DNA of 64,000 nt from an uncultured delta proteobacterium (GTDB lineage: Bacteria; Myxococcota_A; Polyangia; Polyangiales; B10-G4), in assembly GCA_963727445.1 (NCBI GenBank), contig CAVSGI010000021.1, forward strand, positions 320,001-384,000. The letters are read 5' to 3'. The position numbers and the translations under genes were made by a program. Under the pieces are notes generated by a model that searched no databases, was not told the origin of the DNA, and saw nothing but the letters and a program-made list of their open reading frames with translations. Positions 9,047 to 20,685 of the stretch are shown piece after piece. Every line of letters begins with the position of its first letter. Positions within the stretch are counted from its first letter, which is position 1.

Positions 9047-10663
9047 ATGCGGGTCACCTGTGACTATCTGGTCCTGGGCTCGGGGGTCGCCGGCCTCACC
9101 TTCGCCCTCGAAGCTGCCAAGCACGGAGACGTGATGGTCGTGACCAAGCGCTCCACCAGCGACTCGGCCACCGCGTGGGCACAGGGAGGCATCGCAGCTG
9201 TCCTCGACCCGGCGGATTCCTTCGAGGCCCACGTCGCGGATACGCTCGCGACAGGCAACGGGATCAGTCATCGCGACGTGGTGGAGACCGTCGTCCGGGA
9301 AGGTCCGGATCGCGTGCGTGCGCTGATGGAGCTCGGCGCGAAGTTCAGCCCCCAGGAAGGAAGGTCCGGCCCGGACGCCCCGCTGGACCTCACGCGCGAG
9401 GGCGGGCACAGCGCCCGCCGCGTGGTGCACGCCGGTGACATCACGGGACGCGAGGTGCAGCGCGCGCTGGTCGCCGCGGTCGCCGCGAACCCGCGGATCG
9501 AGATCCACGAGCATCACATGGCGGTGGATCTGATCGAGCAGAGCCGCCTCGTCGGCGGCGCGCCGCGCGTGCTCGGCGCTTACATCCTCGACGAGGACAC
9601 CGGCGAGGTGCACACCTACGCGGCGCGCGCGACCATTCTCGCTACCGGCGGCGCCGGCAAGGTCTACCTCTACACCTCGAACCCGGACGTCGCGACCGGC
9701 GACGGTGTGGCGATGGCCTATCGGGCCGGGGCGCAGATCGGGAACATGGAGTTCTTCCAGTTCCATCCCACGTGCCTCTACCACCCAGAGGCGCGCACCT
9801 TTCTGATCAGCGAGGCGCTGCGGGGCGAGGGCGGCGTGCTGCGTCTGGCGGACGGGACCGCCTTCATGGAGAAGCACCACCCGATGAAGGACCTCGCGCC
9901 GCGCGACGTGGTGGCGCGGGCGATCGACTTCGAGATGAAGCGCACCGGCGCCGAGCACGTGCTCCTCGACATGTCGGCGCAGCCGGCGAGCTTCCTGACC
10001 GAGCGCTTCCCGAACATCCACGCCGAGTGCATGAAGTACGGGATCGACATGACGAAGGCGCCCATCCCGGTGGTGCCGGCGGCGCACTACATGTGCGGCG
10101 GCGTAGTGGTGGATCTCCACGGCCAGTCGAGCCTCCCCGGCCTCTACGCCATCGGCGAGGTCACCTGCAGCGGCCTGCACGGGGCGAATCGCCTCGCCTC
10201 GAACTCGCTCCTCGAAGGGCTGGTCTTCGGCTATCGCGCCGCCCATGCGCTGGGCGACGAGCGTGCGGAAGGGGAGCTGTCCATCCCGGACGTCCCGGAG
10301 TGGGACGTGGGCTCGGCGGTTCCCAGCGACGAGGCCGTCGTCGTCGTCCACAACTGGGAGGAGCTCCGCCGCTTCATGTGGAACTACGTCGGCATCGTTC
10401 GCTCCGACAAGCGCCTCAGGCGCGCGTCCCGTCGCGTCGCGCTCTTGCAGGAGGAGATCCGCGAGTATTACTGGCAGCACCTGGTGAGCCGCGACCTCCT
10501 CGAGCTGCGCAACATCGCCGACGTCGCCGAGCTGATCATCCGCTGCGCCTCCACCCGCAAGGAGAGCCGCGGCCTCCATTACACCCTCGACCACAAAGAA
10601 CGGGACGACGTGCACTTCGGGCGGGACACGCTGATCACCCGGGAGCCGACGGACGCGACGTGA
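9047..10663 (+). CDS. nadB: L-aspartate oxidase
   Basis: GSGVAGL FAD motif, WAQGGIAAV, REGGHSARRVVH, QFHPT, LISEALRGEG, HYMCGG, GLHGANRLASNSLLEG, ESRGLHY. Confidence 0.96.
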   Translation: MRVTCDYLVLGSGVAGLTFALEAAKHGDVMVVTKRSTSDSATAWAQGGIAAVLDPADSFEAHVADTLATGNGISHRDVVETVVREGPDRVRALMELGAKFSPQEGRSGPDAPLDLTREGGHSARRVVHAGDITGREVQRALVAAVAANPRIEIHEHHMAVDLIEQSRLVGGAPRVLGAYILDEDTGEVHTYAARATILATGGAGKVYLYTSNPDVATGDGVAMAYRAGAQIGNMEFFQFHPTCLYHPEARTFLISEALRGEGGVLRLADGTAFMEKHHPMKDLAPRDVVARAIDFEMKRTGAEHVLLDMSAQPASFLTERFPNIHAECMKYGIDMTKAPIPVVPAAHYMCGGVVVDLHGQSSLPGLYAIGEVTCSGLHGANRLASNSLLEGLVFGYRAAHALGDERAEGELSIPDVPEWDVGSAVPSDEAVVVVHNWEELRRFMWNYVGIVRSDKRLRRASRRVALLQEEIREYYWQHLVSRDLLELRNIADVAELIIRCASTRKESRGLHYTLDHKERDDVHFGRDTLITREPTDAT

Positions 10664-11202
10664 TGGGGGAGTCGGAGACGGACTCGGAGACGGAGACGAA
10701 CTCGGAGACGGAGACGGACTCGGAGACGGGGACGGGGACGGAGACGGAGACGGACTCGGAGACGGGGACGGGGACGGACTCGGAGACGGAGAGGGAGACG
10801 GAGACCGACTCGGCGGATGTCCCCTTCGCGAAGCCGCTCGGCGTGGTGAATCTCGTCCTCGCCGTCCTCTTGCTCGGAGGGCTCGCCGTTCTGCCGGCGC
10901 GCTATCTGCCTGTGGATGGTCCCGCCATCTTCTTCGCGCTCGCCCTCGCTGCGAGCGGGATCGGGCTCTACGGGGGTGCGACCTGGGGGGCGCGCGTGGC
11001 GCGATACGTCGCGGGAGCCACCCTCGCTGCGGGGGCCGTTCTCTGCACCGCGCTCGCCTTCACCGCGGCGCACATCAGCGGGCTCTACGGGCCGGTGGGA
11101 TCCGGGGGGGCGATCCTTCTCGCGGTGGTGGCGCTACTGCTCCTGCCCTACCTGGTCCTGATCCCCGCGGCTCAGCTCTGGCTCCTCCTCGGAAGACGAT
11201 GA
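10663..11202 (+). CDS. Four-TM membrane protein with N-terminal acidic (ET/DS/GT)n tract
   Basis: ATG overlaps the nadB stop. It is the C-terminal part of ORF 9772-11202, with four hydrophobic segments. Confidence 0.7.
   Translation: MGESETDSETETNSETETDSETGTGTETETDSETGTGTDSETERETETDSADVPFAKPLGVVNLVLAVLLLGGLAVLPARYLPVDGPAIFFALALAASGIGLYGGATWGARVARYVAGATLAAGAVLCTALAFTAAHISGLYGPVGSGGAILLAVVALLLLPYLVLIPAAQLWLLLGRR
10669..10812 (+). repeat. Degenerate hexamer tandem repeat (GAGACG/GACTCG/GGGACG), 24 units
   Basis: Directly visible 144-bp tract encoding ESETDSETETNSETETDSETGTGT... Confidence 0.9.
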
Positions 11203-13026
11203 CCCGACGCCGGCTGCTCTGGGCCCTCGCCGCGTGGGTGGGACTGACCCTGCTCGGGGTGCGTGGTGGTGCGCTCTCAGGCGCGGATCGAGCCCGGGCC
11301 CATGCCCGACGCCGACGCGAGCGACTGGGCGCTTCGCGCGCTTCATGCGATGCGCCTCGGGTCTGCCGTGCCGGAGCCTCCGGCCTCCGCCGACGCGTTC
11401 GAAGCCCGCGGCCCCATCATCGTCATCGCCTGGTCGCGCTCCCGGCCGCTCCTTCGCCACGTGGGCGACGCGCGCCTGGTCGAAGCGGTGCGCGAGGCGG
11501 GCGACGTCTTCCGCCAGAGTGACGTGTTGATGGCGCAGCCGGGCTTTCGGGCCGCCGCCGATGCGCCCGATCGGATCCGCTTCACCCTGGAGATCACCCG
11601 GGGCGAGGGGCCGACCTGGATCGGCGTGCCGCTCATCGAAAACCTCGACCTCGTGCCTCTGCGCGAAGGCCTGCACGTGCGGATCGAAGGAGAGGATGCG
11701 TGGATCACGCCGCAGGAGCTGTGGGCGGCGGACGCCTACGACACCGGCGTTCGCACGCCGATCCCCAATCTCACCTTCGGCGCCGACATCCGTGGGCTCG
11801 TGGGCCAGCTCGGCCGGAGCCTCGGCCGCGAGCCGTCCGAAACCCTCGCCCGCGCGACCATCCGTCGCGTCCGCATGGACGCCATCACCCCGGACGTCTA
11901 TCCGCGCCGGGTTCCCCTGACCGAGGAGGCGCTCCGCGAAGCGGCGATGGAGGGCGCGGCTTTTCTGATCCGGCACATGACGCCGGACGGACGCTTCACC
12001 TACGTCTACGATGGCCGCTCCGGGCGCCCGCGGCAGGAGGCCTACAACCTGCCCCGTCATTCGGGCACGGCGTTCTTCCTGGCCCAGGTCGCCAACTCGG
12101 CGGACATGCCCGAGGCGCGCGAGGCGGCGCGAACGGCGTTGACCTGGGTGGGGCGCAATCACATCCGGCACTGCGGGGGGCCCGAGCGCTGGTGCGTGGA
12201 GATGGCGGGGCAGGTCGAGATGGGCTCGAGCGCGCTCACCGCCATCGCTGCGGCCGAGTTTCTGAAGGGCGAAGACGACCCCGCGATCCGCGAGCTCCTC
12301 ACCGGGCTCGCCGCACACATCCGCGACATGCAGCGCGAGGACGGCGAGCTGATGCACCTGTACGACCTCGAGGCGCAGGAGCCCGAGGACGTGCAGCTTC
12401 TCTACTACAGCGGCGAGGCCGCGCTCGCGCTCCTGATGGCGCACGAGGTACTCGACGACGAAGCGGACCTCGAGGCGGCGCGGCGGCTCATGACCCACCT
12501 CACCGGGGCGGGTTGGGACTTCCTCGGCAGCCGCTACTACTACGGCGAAGAGCATTGGACCTGCATCGCCGCGGGTGCGGCGGCTTCGGACGAGGTCGAG
12601 AGCCCGGAGGCGATCGACTTCTGCCGCCGGTGGGCCGAGTTCAATCGAGCCGTCCAATATGGGGAGGGCGAGACCCCGTGGGACGTCGCGGGGGCCTACG
12701 GTGTGGGCCCGATCATCGTGCCGCGCCTCACGCCGGTGGGGTCGCGGACCGAGGCCTTCATCTCCACTTACGAGGCGGCGCGCCGCGTGGGCATCGACGA
12801 CCGCGCGCTCCGAGAGGAGATCGAGGCGGGCCTCGGCATGCTCCTCTCCCATCGCTGGGCGCCCGGCCCGACCCATCTCCTCGCCAATCCCGTCGCCGCG
12901 CGCGGAGGCGTCCCCGCCACCGCGGTCGATCTCACGGTGCGCGACGACTTCGTCCAGCACGCGGGCAGCGCGATGATCCGCTGGGCCAACGTGCTCCGAG
13001 CCGAACGCGAAGGCGCGGCCGACTGA
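11199..13026 (+). CDS. Uncharacterised exported protein with a putative (alpha/alpha)6 toroid C-terminal domain; one frameshift near 11257
   Basis: The N-terminus from ATG 11199 (MTRRRLLWALAAWVGLTLLG) joins ORF 11263-13026 if one G is removed from GGGG. Motifs GRFTYVY, YNLPRHSGT, YYSGEAALAL. Confidence 0.7.
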
Positions 13027-13029
13027 GCG

Positions 13030-15166
<2,137 letters not shown>

Positions 15167-15265
15167 ACCGCCTTCCCCCAGCACGAGCCGTGCTGCACCC
15201 GCCACCTCCCCGTCCGGGAAGCCAGAGGAGTCGGGAGCTTAGCGCGTTTGTGGCTACGCGCCCGT

Positions 15266-15294
15266 TTGACAGATACGCGGCCTCCCTCTACAAG
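15266..15294 (+). promoter_or_regulatory. Sigma70-type promoter of metK
   Basis: TTGACA (15266-15271), 17 nt, TACAAG (15289-15294). The -10 box is imperfect. Confidence 0.55.
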
Positions 15295-15385
15295 CTCCCC
15301 TCTTCCTATAGGGCGATGCGGCGAAGTGGTTTCGGCTGAGCGAACGCACGAACGCAGCCCCGAAGAGTGAGAGGGAAATCACAGG

Positions 15386-16684
15386 ATGGCTGGATACGTT
15401 TTCACCTCCGAGTCGGTCACCGAAGGACACCCGGACAAGATCTGCGACGCCGTGAGCGACAGCGTCCTCGACGCGATTCTCGCCGAGGACCCCCGTGCCC
15501 GCGTCGCCTGCGAGACCATGGTCAAGACCGGCTACGCGATCATCGCCGGCGAGGTGACCACCACCGCGAAGCCCGACTACCCGAAGGTCGTCCGCGATGC
15601 GATCCGCGAGATCGGCTACACCAGCTCGGACATGGGCTTCGACGCGGACACCTGCGCGGTGTTCAACGCCATCGAGCGCCAGTCGCCGGACATCGCCCAG
15701 GGCGTCGACACCAACCGCGGCCTGCACAAGGAGCAGGGCGCAGGTGACCAGGGCCTGATGTTCGGTTACGCCTGCGACGAGACGCGCAACCTGATGCCGG
15801 CGCCGATCGACTACTCGCACAAGCTGACGCGCCAGCTCGCCAAGGTCCGCAAGAACGGCAAGCTCCCGTGGCTCCGCCCCGACGGCAAGAGCCAGGTGAC
15901 CTTCGCGTACGACGAGAACAACAAGCCCATCCGCGTCGACGCGGTGGTGGTCTCCACCCAGCACGCGCCCGAGATCAAGCACAAGAAGCTGGTCTCGGCG
16001 ATCATGGAAGAGGTCATCAAGCCGGTGCTGCCGGCGAAGTTCCTCGACAAGAAGACCAGCTACCACATCAACCCCACCGGGCGTTTCGTGGTCGGCGGTC
16101 CCTGCGGTGACGCCGGCGTCACCGGCCGCAAGATCATCGTCGACACCTACGGCGGCATGGGCCGTCACGGCGGCGGCGCCTTCAGCGGCAAGGACCCCTC
16201 CAAGGTCGACCGGAGCGCGACCTATTACGCGCGCTACGTCGCCAAGAACATCGTCGCCGCGAAGCTCGCTTCGCGTTGCGAGGTCCAGGTGGCCTACGCG
16301 ATCGGCGTCGCCCGCCCCATGGGCGTCTTCGTGACGACTTTCGGCACCGGCACGGTGGAGGACGCGAAGATCGAGAAGGCGGTTCGCGAGGCGTTCGATT
16401 TCCGCCCCGCGGCGCTCATCGAAGAGCTCGACCTTCTTCGCCCGATCTATCGTCCGACGGCGGCCTACGGTCACTTCGGTCGCACCGAGAAGACCTTCAC
16501 CTGGGAGCGCACCGACAAGGCGGAGCTCCTCAAGGATCTCGTCGACGGCAAGATCAAGGCGCCCAAGCACAAGGGCAGCAGCAACGGGGCCAAGACCAAG
16601 GCCAACGGCCACGCCGGCACGTCCAAGAAGGGCGGCAAGAAGAAGAGCAAGAAGCCGGGCCGGAGCGACAGCGCTCGGAGCTGA
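15386..16684 (+). CDS. metK: S-adenosylmethionine synthetase with Lys-rich C-terminal extension
   Basis: [60 protein letters not shown]. Confidence 0.98.
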   Translation: MAGYVFTSESVTEGHPDKICDAVSDSVLDAILAEDPRARVACETMVKTGYAIIAGEVTTTAKPDYPKVVRDAIREIGYTSSDMGFDADTCAVFNAIERQSPDIAQGVDTNRGLHKEQGAGDQGLMFGYACDETRNLMPAPIDYSHKLTRQLAKVRKNGKLPWLRPDGKSQVTFAYDENNKPIRVDAVVVSTQHAPEIKHKKLVSAIMEEVIKPVLPAKFLDKKTSYHINPTGRFVVGGPCGDAGVTGRKIIVDTYGGMGRHGGGAFSGKDPSKVDRSATYYARYVAKNIVAAKLASRCEVQVAYAIGVARPMGVFVTTFGTGTVEDAKIEKAVREAFDFRPAALIEELDLLRPIYRPTAAYGHFGRTEKTFTWERTDKAELLKDLVDGKIKAPKHKGSSNGAKTKANGHAGTSKKGGKKKSKKPGRSDSARS

Positions 16685-16720
16685 TCAGAATCTGAGAAGG
16701 CCTTTCGGGGGGAAGGTGCA

Positions 16721-16756
16721 CGGGCTCGTGTCTTCGGACGCGGGCCCGTTTTCTTT
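16721..16756 (+). terminator. Rho-independent terminator of metK
   Basis: 12-bp stem CGGGCTCGTGTC/GACGCGGGCCCG with a TTCG loop, followed by TTTTCTTT. Confidence 0.85.
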
Positions 16757-16765
16757 CGCGCGTGC

Positions 16766-17962
16766 TCAGAGCGCGAGGCGTTCGGCCACTCGCGGCCACG
16801 CTCGTTCGAGCACGGCGCTCGGGATCTCGTCGTGCCCCACGCCGTCGAGGGTGACGAGCTGGACGTTGGGGTGGCGTCGCGCGAGCTCGCGGCTCAGCGC
16901 GAACGGAACCGTCCGATCGGCGCTTCCGTGGAAGACGAGAATGGGCCGCACCTCGGTCATGAAGTCCCGCGGGCGCCACTGCATCATCGGCGTCTGCCCC
17001 ATCCCGCGCGCGACCCAGGCGCTACCGGCGAGGACCGTGCCGCGGAATGGGCCGAGCAGAGCCGTGCGGCGTCGGACGAGCGCGGGATAGCTCGAGGTTG
17101 GGGCGAGCAGGACGTAGGCGTCGGCTTCGAGGGTCCCTGACGCGGCGAGTATCGTGCCGGCGCCCATCGACGTGCCCACGAGCGCCAGCCGCGAGACGCC
17201 GGGCTGGCGCAGCATGAAGCGCGCGGCGGCGCGCACGTCCGCCCGCCCGCGTTGACCGTAGGTGCAGACGGCGCCGTCGCTCGTTCCGTGGGCGCGATCG
17301 TCGATGCGGAGGGAGTGTGCGCCCGCGGCGCGCAGGCGCTTCGCCCACTCGATCCATCGATCGCGCCCGTCGGACACGCCGTGCACCAGCACCACCCCGA
17401 GGTCGCCTTCGCCGGGGGCGTAAGTGCCGCGGATGGCGTAGCCGTCGCTGGTTTCGAGGGTGACGGCGCGCTCGTCGGGGCCGACCCACGGCCATTGGTG
17501 GACGATGCGCGCTGGCACGATGGCGAGCTGGGTGTTGACCACCACGATGCCGACGGCGACGAGGAGATAGATCGACGGCAGGACGACGACGGTGGCGCTC
17601 GCGACCCTGCGCGCGCGGGATACCTCTTGCCGAGAGGTGAGGCGCCCAGCGTGGAAGACGGCCTCGACGCCGAGGCAGAGCGTGCTGCCGCTCAACCAAG
17701 TGACGGTGATCGCCGAGCGATCGAGAGGGATGGTCAGGACGAAGGGCAGGGCGAGCAGCGCGGCGACGCGCCGGTGCTTCGCATCGGGGCGAACGACGTA
17801 CGCCCCGAGGAGGGGCAACGCCGCCCCGAGGAGGACCGCGACGAAGCGCGCATCGACGCTGGTGGCTCCGAGGGCGGGCGCTGCGTAGGCGCCGATCACG
17901 CCCCCGACGACGGCGGACGCGAGCGCCGCCGAGGCGAGGGCGATGCGGCGCTCCTCGGTCAT
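16766..17962 (-). CDS. Membrane-anchored alpha/beta hydrolase
   Basis: N-terminal TM helices, VVLVHG, nucleophile elbow GTSMG, VFHGSADRTVP, GVGH. ATG 17962 overlaps the upstream stop (ATGA). Confidence 0.88.
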   Translation of the reverse strand: MTEERRIALASAALASAVVGGVIGAYAAPALGATSVDARFVAVLLGAALPLLGAYVVRPDAKHRRVAALLALPFVLTIPLDRSAITVTWLSGSTLCLGVEAVFHAGRLTSRQEVSRARRVASATVVVLPSIYLLVAVGIVVVNTQLAIVPARIVHQWPWVGPDERAVTLETSDGYAIRGTYAPGEGDLGVVLVHGVSDGRDRWIEWAKRLRAAGAHSLRIDDRAHGTSDGAVCTYGQRGRADVRAAARFMLRQPGVSRLALVGTSMGAGTILAASGTLEADAYVLLAPTSSYPALVRRRTALLGPFRGTVLAGSAWVARGMGQTPMMQWRPRDFMTEVRPILVFHGSADRTVPFALSRELARRHPNVQLVTLDGVGHDEIPSAVLERAWPRVAERLAL

Positions 17963-18837
17963 GGCTCGAGCGACAGCCTGCGCGAGGTGACCGCGCCATG
18001 TCCCACGATGTCGATCTCCGCCGGACGGATCTCCACGACCGCCCAGGCGTTGCTCGCCGGGGGCGCTTCCACCATGCCTTCGAGGGTGACGTGGTGGATG
18101 CCGTGGCGCTCGGCGTAGCCGCCCGCGTGCACGTGACCGTTCATCCACAGCGCCGCCGCTCGCGAGGCCTCGAGGACGGCCAGCGTCTCCTCGTGGTCGG
18201 AGACGACGAAGCGCGGTTCAGAGGCCTCGCCCAGGAGCGGGTGATGGGCGAAGACGAGCGCCTCGTCCCCTTCGGCTTCGGCGTCGGCGAGCTCGCGCGC
18301 GAGCCAGGACCGCTGCGCCTCGCCGACGCCGCCCCGGTAGGCGAGGTCGCCCACGGGTGCGTCGGCCATGGTGTCGACGAGGAGGAAGCGAAAGCCATCC
18401 CTGCGAATCGAGCGATAGCCCCGGGTGAGACCGAGGCGCTCCTCGAGCTCGGGGCGGGGGATCGCGAGGCCGTGATTGCCGATCACGTGCCACAGGGGCG
18501 CGGCGAGGGCGCCGAGGACGTCGAGGACCGCGTCGAGATCGCGGCGTGAGTCTTCGAGACGCGGGCGGCCGTCGATGATGTCGCCCAGCTGGATCACGAA
18601 GTCGAGGCGCTCTCGTGCGAGGCCCGCCACCGCATCCCTCAGATGCGGGAGCGCCTCTCGATAGCGCCGCGCGCCGAAGGGCGGTTTGTCGGCGTATTGA
18701 ACGTCGGCGACGACCCCGAAGCGAAGCAGAGGCGGCGGCCGCGGCGTCGCGTGCGGCGCGGCGAGGTGAGCGAGCGCCAGCGTACCGACGAGGTACGCGG
18801 CGACGACGCCAGCGATTCGCAGGGTGCTCCGCCTCAG
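17959..18837 (-). CDS. Calcineurin-like metallophosphoesterase resembling Mn-dependent ADP-ribose/CDP-alcohol diphosphatase
   Basis: FGVVADVQYAD, IQLGDIIDG, VIGNH, FAHHP, NGHVHAGGY, HHVTLEGMVE. The start is uncertain, with only CTG candidates at 18837 and 18822. Confidence 0.82.
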   Translation of the reverse strand: MRRSTLRIAGVVAAYLVGTLALAHLAAPHATPRPPPLLRFGVVADVQYADKPPFGARRYREALPHLRDAVAGLARERLDFVIQLGDIIDGRPRLEDSRRDLDAVLDVLGALAAPLWHVIGNHGLAIPRPELEERLGLTRGYRSIRRDGFRFLLVDTMADAPVGDLAYRGGVGEAQRSWLARELADAEAEGDEALVFAHHPLLGEASEPRFVVSDHEETLAVLEASRAAALWMNGHVHAGGYAERHGIHHVTLEGMVEAPPASNAWAVVEIRPAEIDIVGHGAVTSRRLSLEP

Positions 18838-20645
18838 CGGCGCATGCCGGTGAAGGTGCCCTCGATGGTGTCGCCCATGCCCATCTCGTCCCAGCTGCCG
18901 GTCCAGACGCCGTCCTCGAGGCGCTGGGCGATGCCGTCGGTGGACAGCTCGGTGCCGGTGGCCGTGCCCTGGATGGTCATGGTGGCGCCGACGTCGATGA
19001 AGCCGGCGATGTTCTCGTCGACGTAGTTGCCAGCCGCCGCGAGACCCTGGTTGCAGTACATCTCGTACTGCGCCTCGGTGAGGCGGTCGGTCACCCCGTC
19101 CCAGGCGCCGTAGATGGCAGAGGCCACGTCGCGGCAGTCGATCCACTCGCGGAGCATGTCCTCGGTGCTGCTGAAGCCGAAGAGCGGCAAGAGGCCGTTC
19201 AGGTAGATGTACTGGACCAGTCGGCCGAGCTGCAGCTCGAAGGAGTGGGGCGGCAGCACCAGGGAGTCGCCCACGCTCCGCGCGAGGCCCGTGCGGCTCA
19301 GCTCCGTGAGTCCCACCTCGCGCATCTCGAACATGAAGAAGTGCTCCATGCCGCCGAGGTCGCGCAGGGACACCTCCATGATCAGGAGGCGGTGGTCGAA
19401 GGGGATGTCCCCGAACTCGTCCTCGGGCATCAGGATGAGGGCGCTCTGGATGCGGGCGCGGGTGATCGCGGCCGACAGGTCGCCCGCCGCGTCGAGGAAG
19501 CGGGTCACCACCTCCGGCACGTAGGTGCTGATGGCGTTGTTGATGAAGTTCTGGGCGGCGCGGCCGGCGATCTCGTAGCCGGCGCAGCCGCCGATGAAGC
19601 GGCTGTGGGCCCCGCTCCAGCTGGTGAAGTTCTCCTGGTAGAGGGCGGCGATGTCTCCGAAGCCGTGATCGGAGTTGTATCCGCCGCACCCATCGTAGCC
19701 GCTCTCGCCCGCCATGCACTCCCACGCACAGGTCAGACGCATGATGATGTCGAGGATGAAGGCGCCCGGATCCTGGCCCCAGTCCTCGGTGGCCGGGTTT
19801 CCGTCGATGTTCTGATCGTCGGTGAGCTCGGTGAGCACCTCGAGGGCGGTTGCCACCGATGGCGGCAGCACGCCCGAGAAGTTGAACTGGTTCGACAGGT
19901 CGTAGGTCCCCTCGAAGCGCACGTTCGCCTCGAGGTCCGACAGATCGATGTTGACCAGCGTCTCCTCGCCGGCGCGGACCTCCACGCCCACCTTGCAGCC
20001 CCAGGCCGCGGGCACGTCCGAGATGTTCGCGGTGACCACCACCACCCAGTCGGTGGCCGGCGGCAAGCCCACGAAGCCAGGCCGGTCGCGGAGGCTGCTC
20101 ACCGGCGAGCCGATGCGCTCCGCCGTGGGGAAGCGCGCCGGGTCGAGCGAGTCGCAGCTCACGCCGCGGAAGAGGTAGGGGACGAACTGGTCGAAGGTCT
20201 GGTCGCCGGTGTAGCGCATGGAGACGGCGATGCTGCCCACGTCCTCCTGGGAGACGTTGATCAGGAAGGTGACGGAGTTGCCTACCGGTGGGGTGGCGAC
20301 CACGGAGAAGTTGGTCTCGGTGGTGCCGGCGTCGAGGACGATGGTCCCGATCCCATCGTCGCCCGTGTTGACCCGCGAGGCGTTGAGGCGCGAATCAGTC
20401 GGGCCTCCGGTGATCTCGAAGTCGATGGGGGCGCCGGCGATCTGGGTGCCGTCCTCGTAGACGTAGCGCACCCGCAGGTCGCTGCTCTCCCCAGGCCTCA
20501 GGTTGAAGGTGTTGCTGCCGACGATCTCGAGGCGCGCCTGATCGAGGCGGGGATCGCCCGGGTCGTAGGGATCGCCACCGCTGGCGCAGGCGACGATGAG
20601 GAGCAGGGGAAGGGAGAGCAGGCCAAGACGGCGACAGACCAACAT
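18834..20645 (-). CDS. Large lipoprotein with Ig-like N-terminal domain, function unknown
   Basis: Lipobox IVAC, Ig-like TGDDGIGTIVL segment and scattered Cys. Start is ATG 20645 or 20654. Confidence 0.8.
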   Translation of the reverse strand: MLVCRRLGLLSLPLLLIVACASGGDPYDPGDPRLDQARLEIVGSNTFNLRPGESSDLRVRYVYEDGTQIAGAPIDFEITGGPTDSRLNASRVNTGDDGIGTIVLDAGTTETNFSVVATPPVGNSVTFLINVSQEDVGSIAVSMRYTGDQTFDQFVPYLFRGVSCDSLDPARFPTAERIGSPVSSLRDRPGFVGLPPATDWVVVVTANISDVPAAWGCKVGVEVRAGEETLVNIDLSDLEANVRFEGTYDLSNQFNFSGVLPPSVATALEVLTELTDDQNIDGNPATEDWGQDPGAFILDIIMRLTCAWECMAGESGYDGCGGYNSDHGFGDIAALYQENFTSWSGAHSRFIGGCAGYEIAGRAAQNFINNAISTYVPEVVTRFLDAAGDLSAAITRARIQSALILMPEDEFGDIPFDHRLLIMEVSLRDLGGMEHFFMFEMREVGLTELSRTGLARSVGDSLVLPPHSFELQLGRLVQYIYLNGLLPLFGFSSTEDMLREWIDCRDVASAIYGAWDGVTDRLTEAQYEMYCNQGLAAAGNYVDENIAGFIDVGATMTIQGTATGTELSTDGIAQRLEDGVWTGSWDEMGMGDTIEGTFTGMRR

Positions 20646-20685
20646 GGTCGCCATTCTAATGGACCGGCGCTCCGGACACTAGATG

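Noticed and set aside
10669..10812. Possible CRISPR array
   Set aside because: Contiguous 6-bp units with no unique spacers, and no cas genes.
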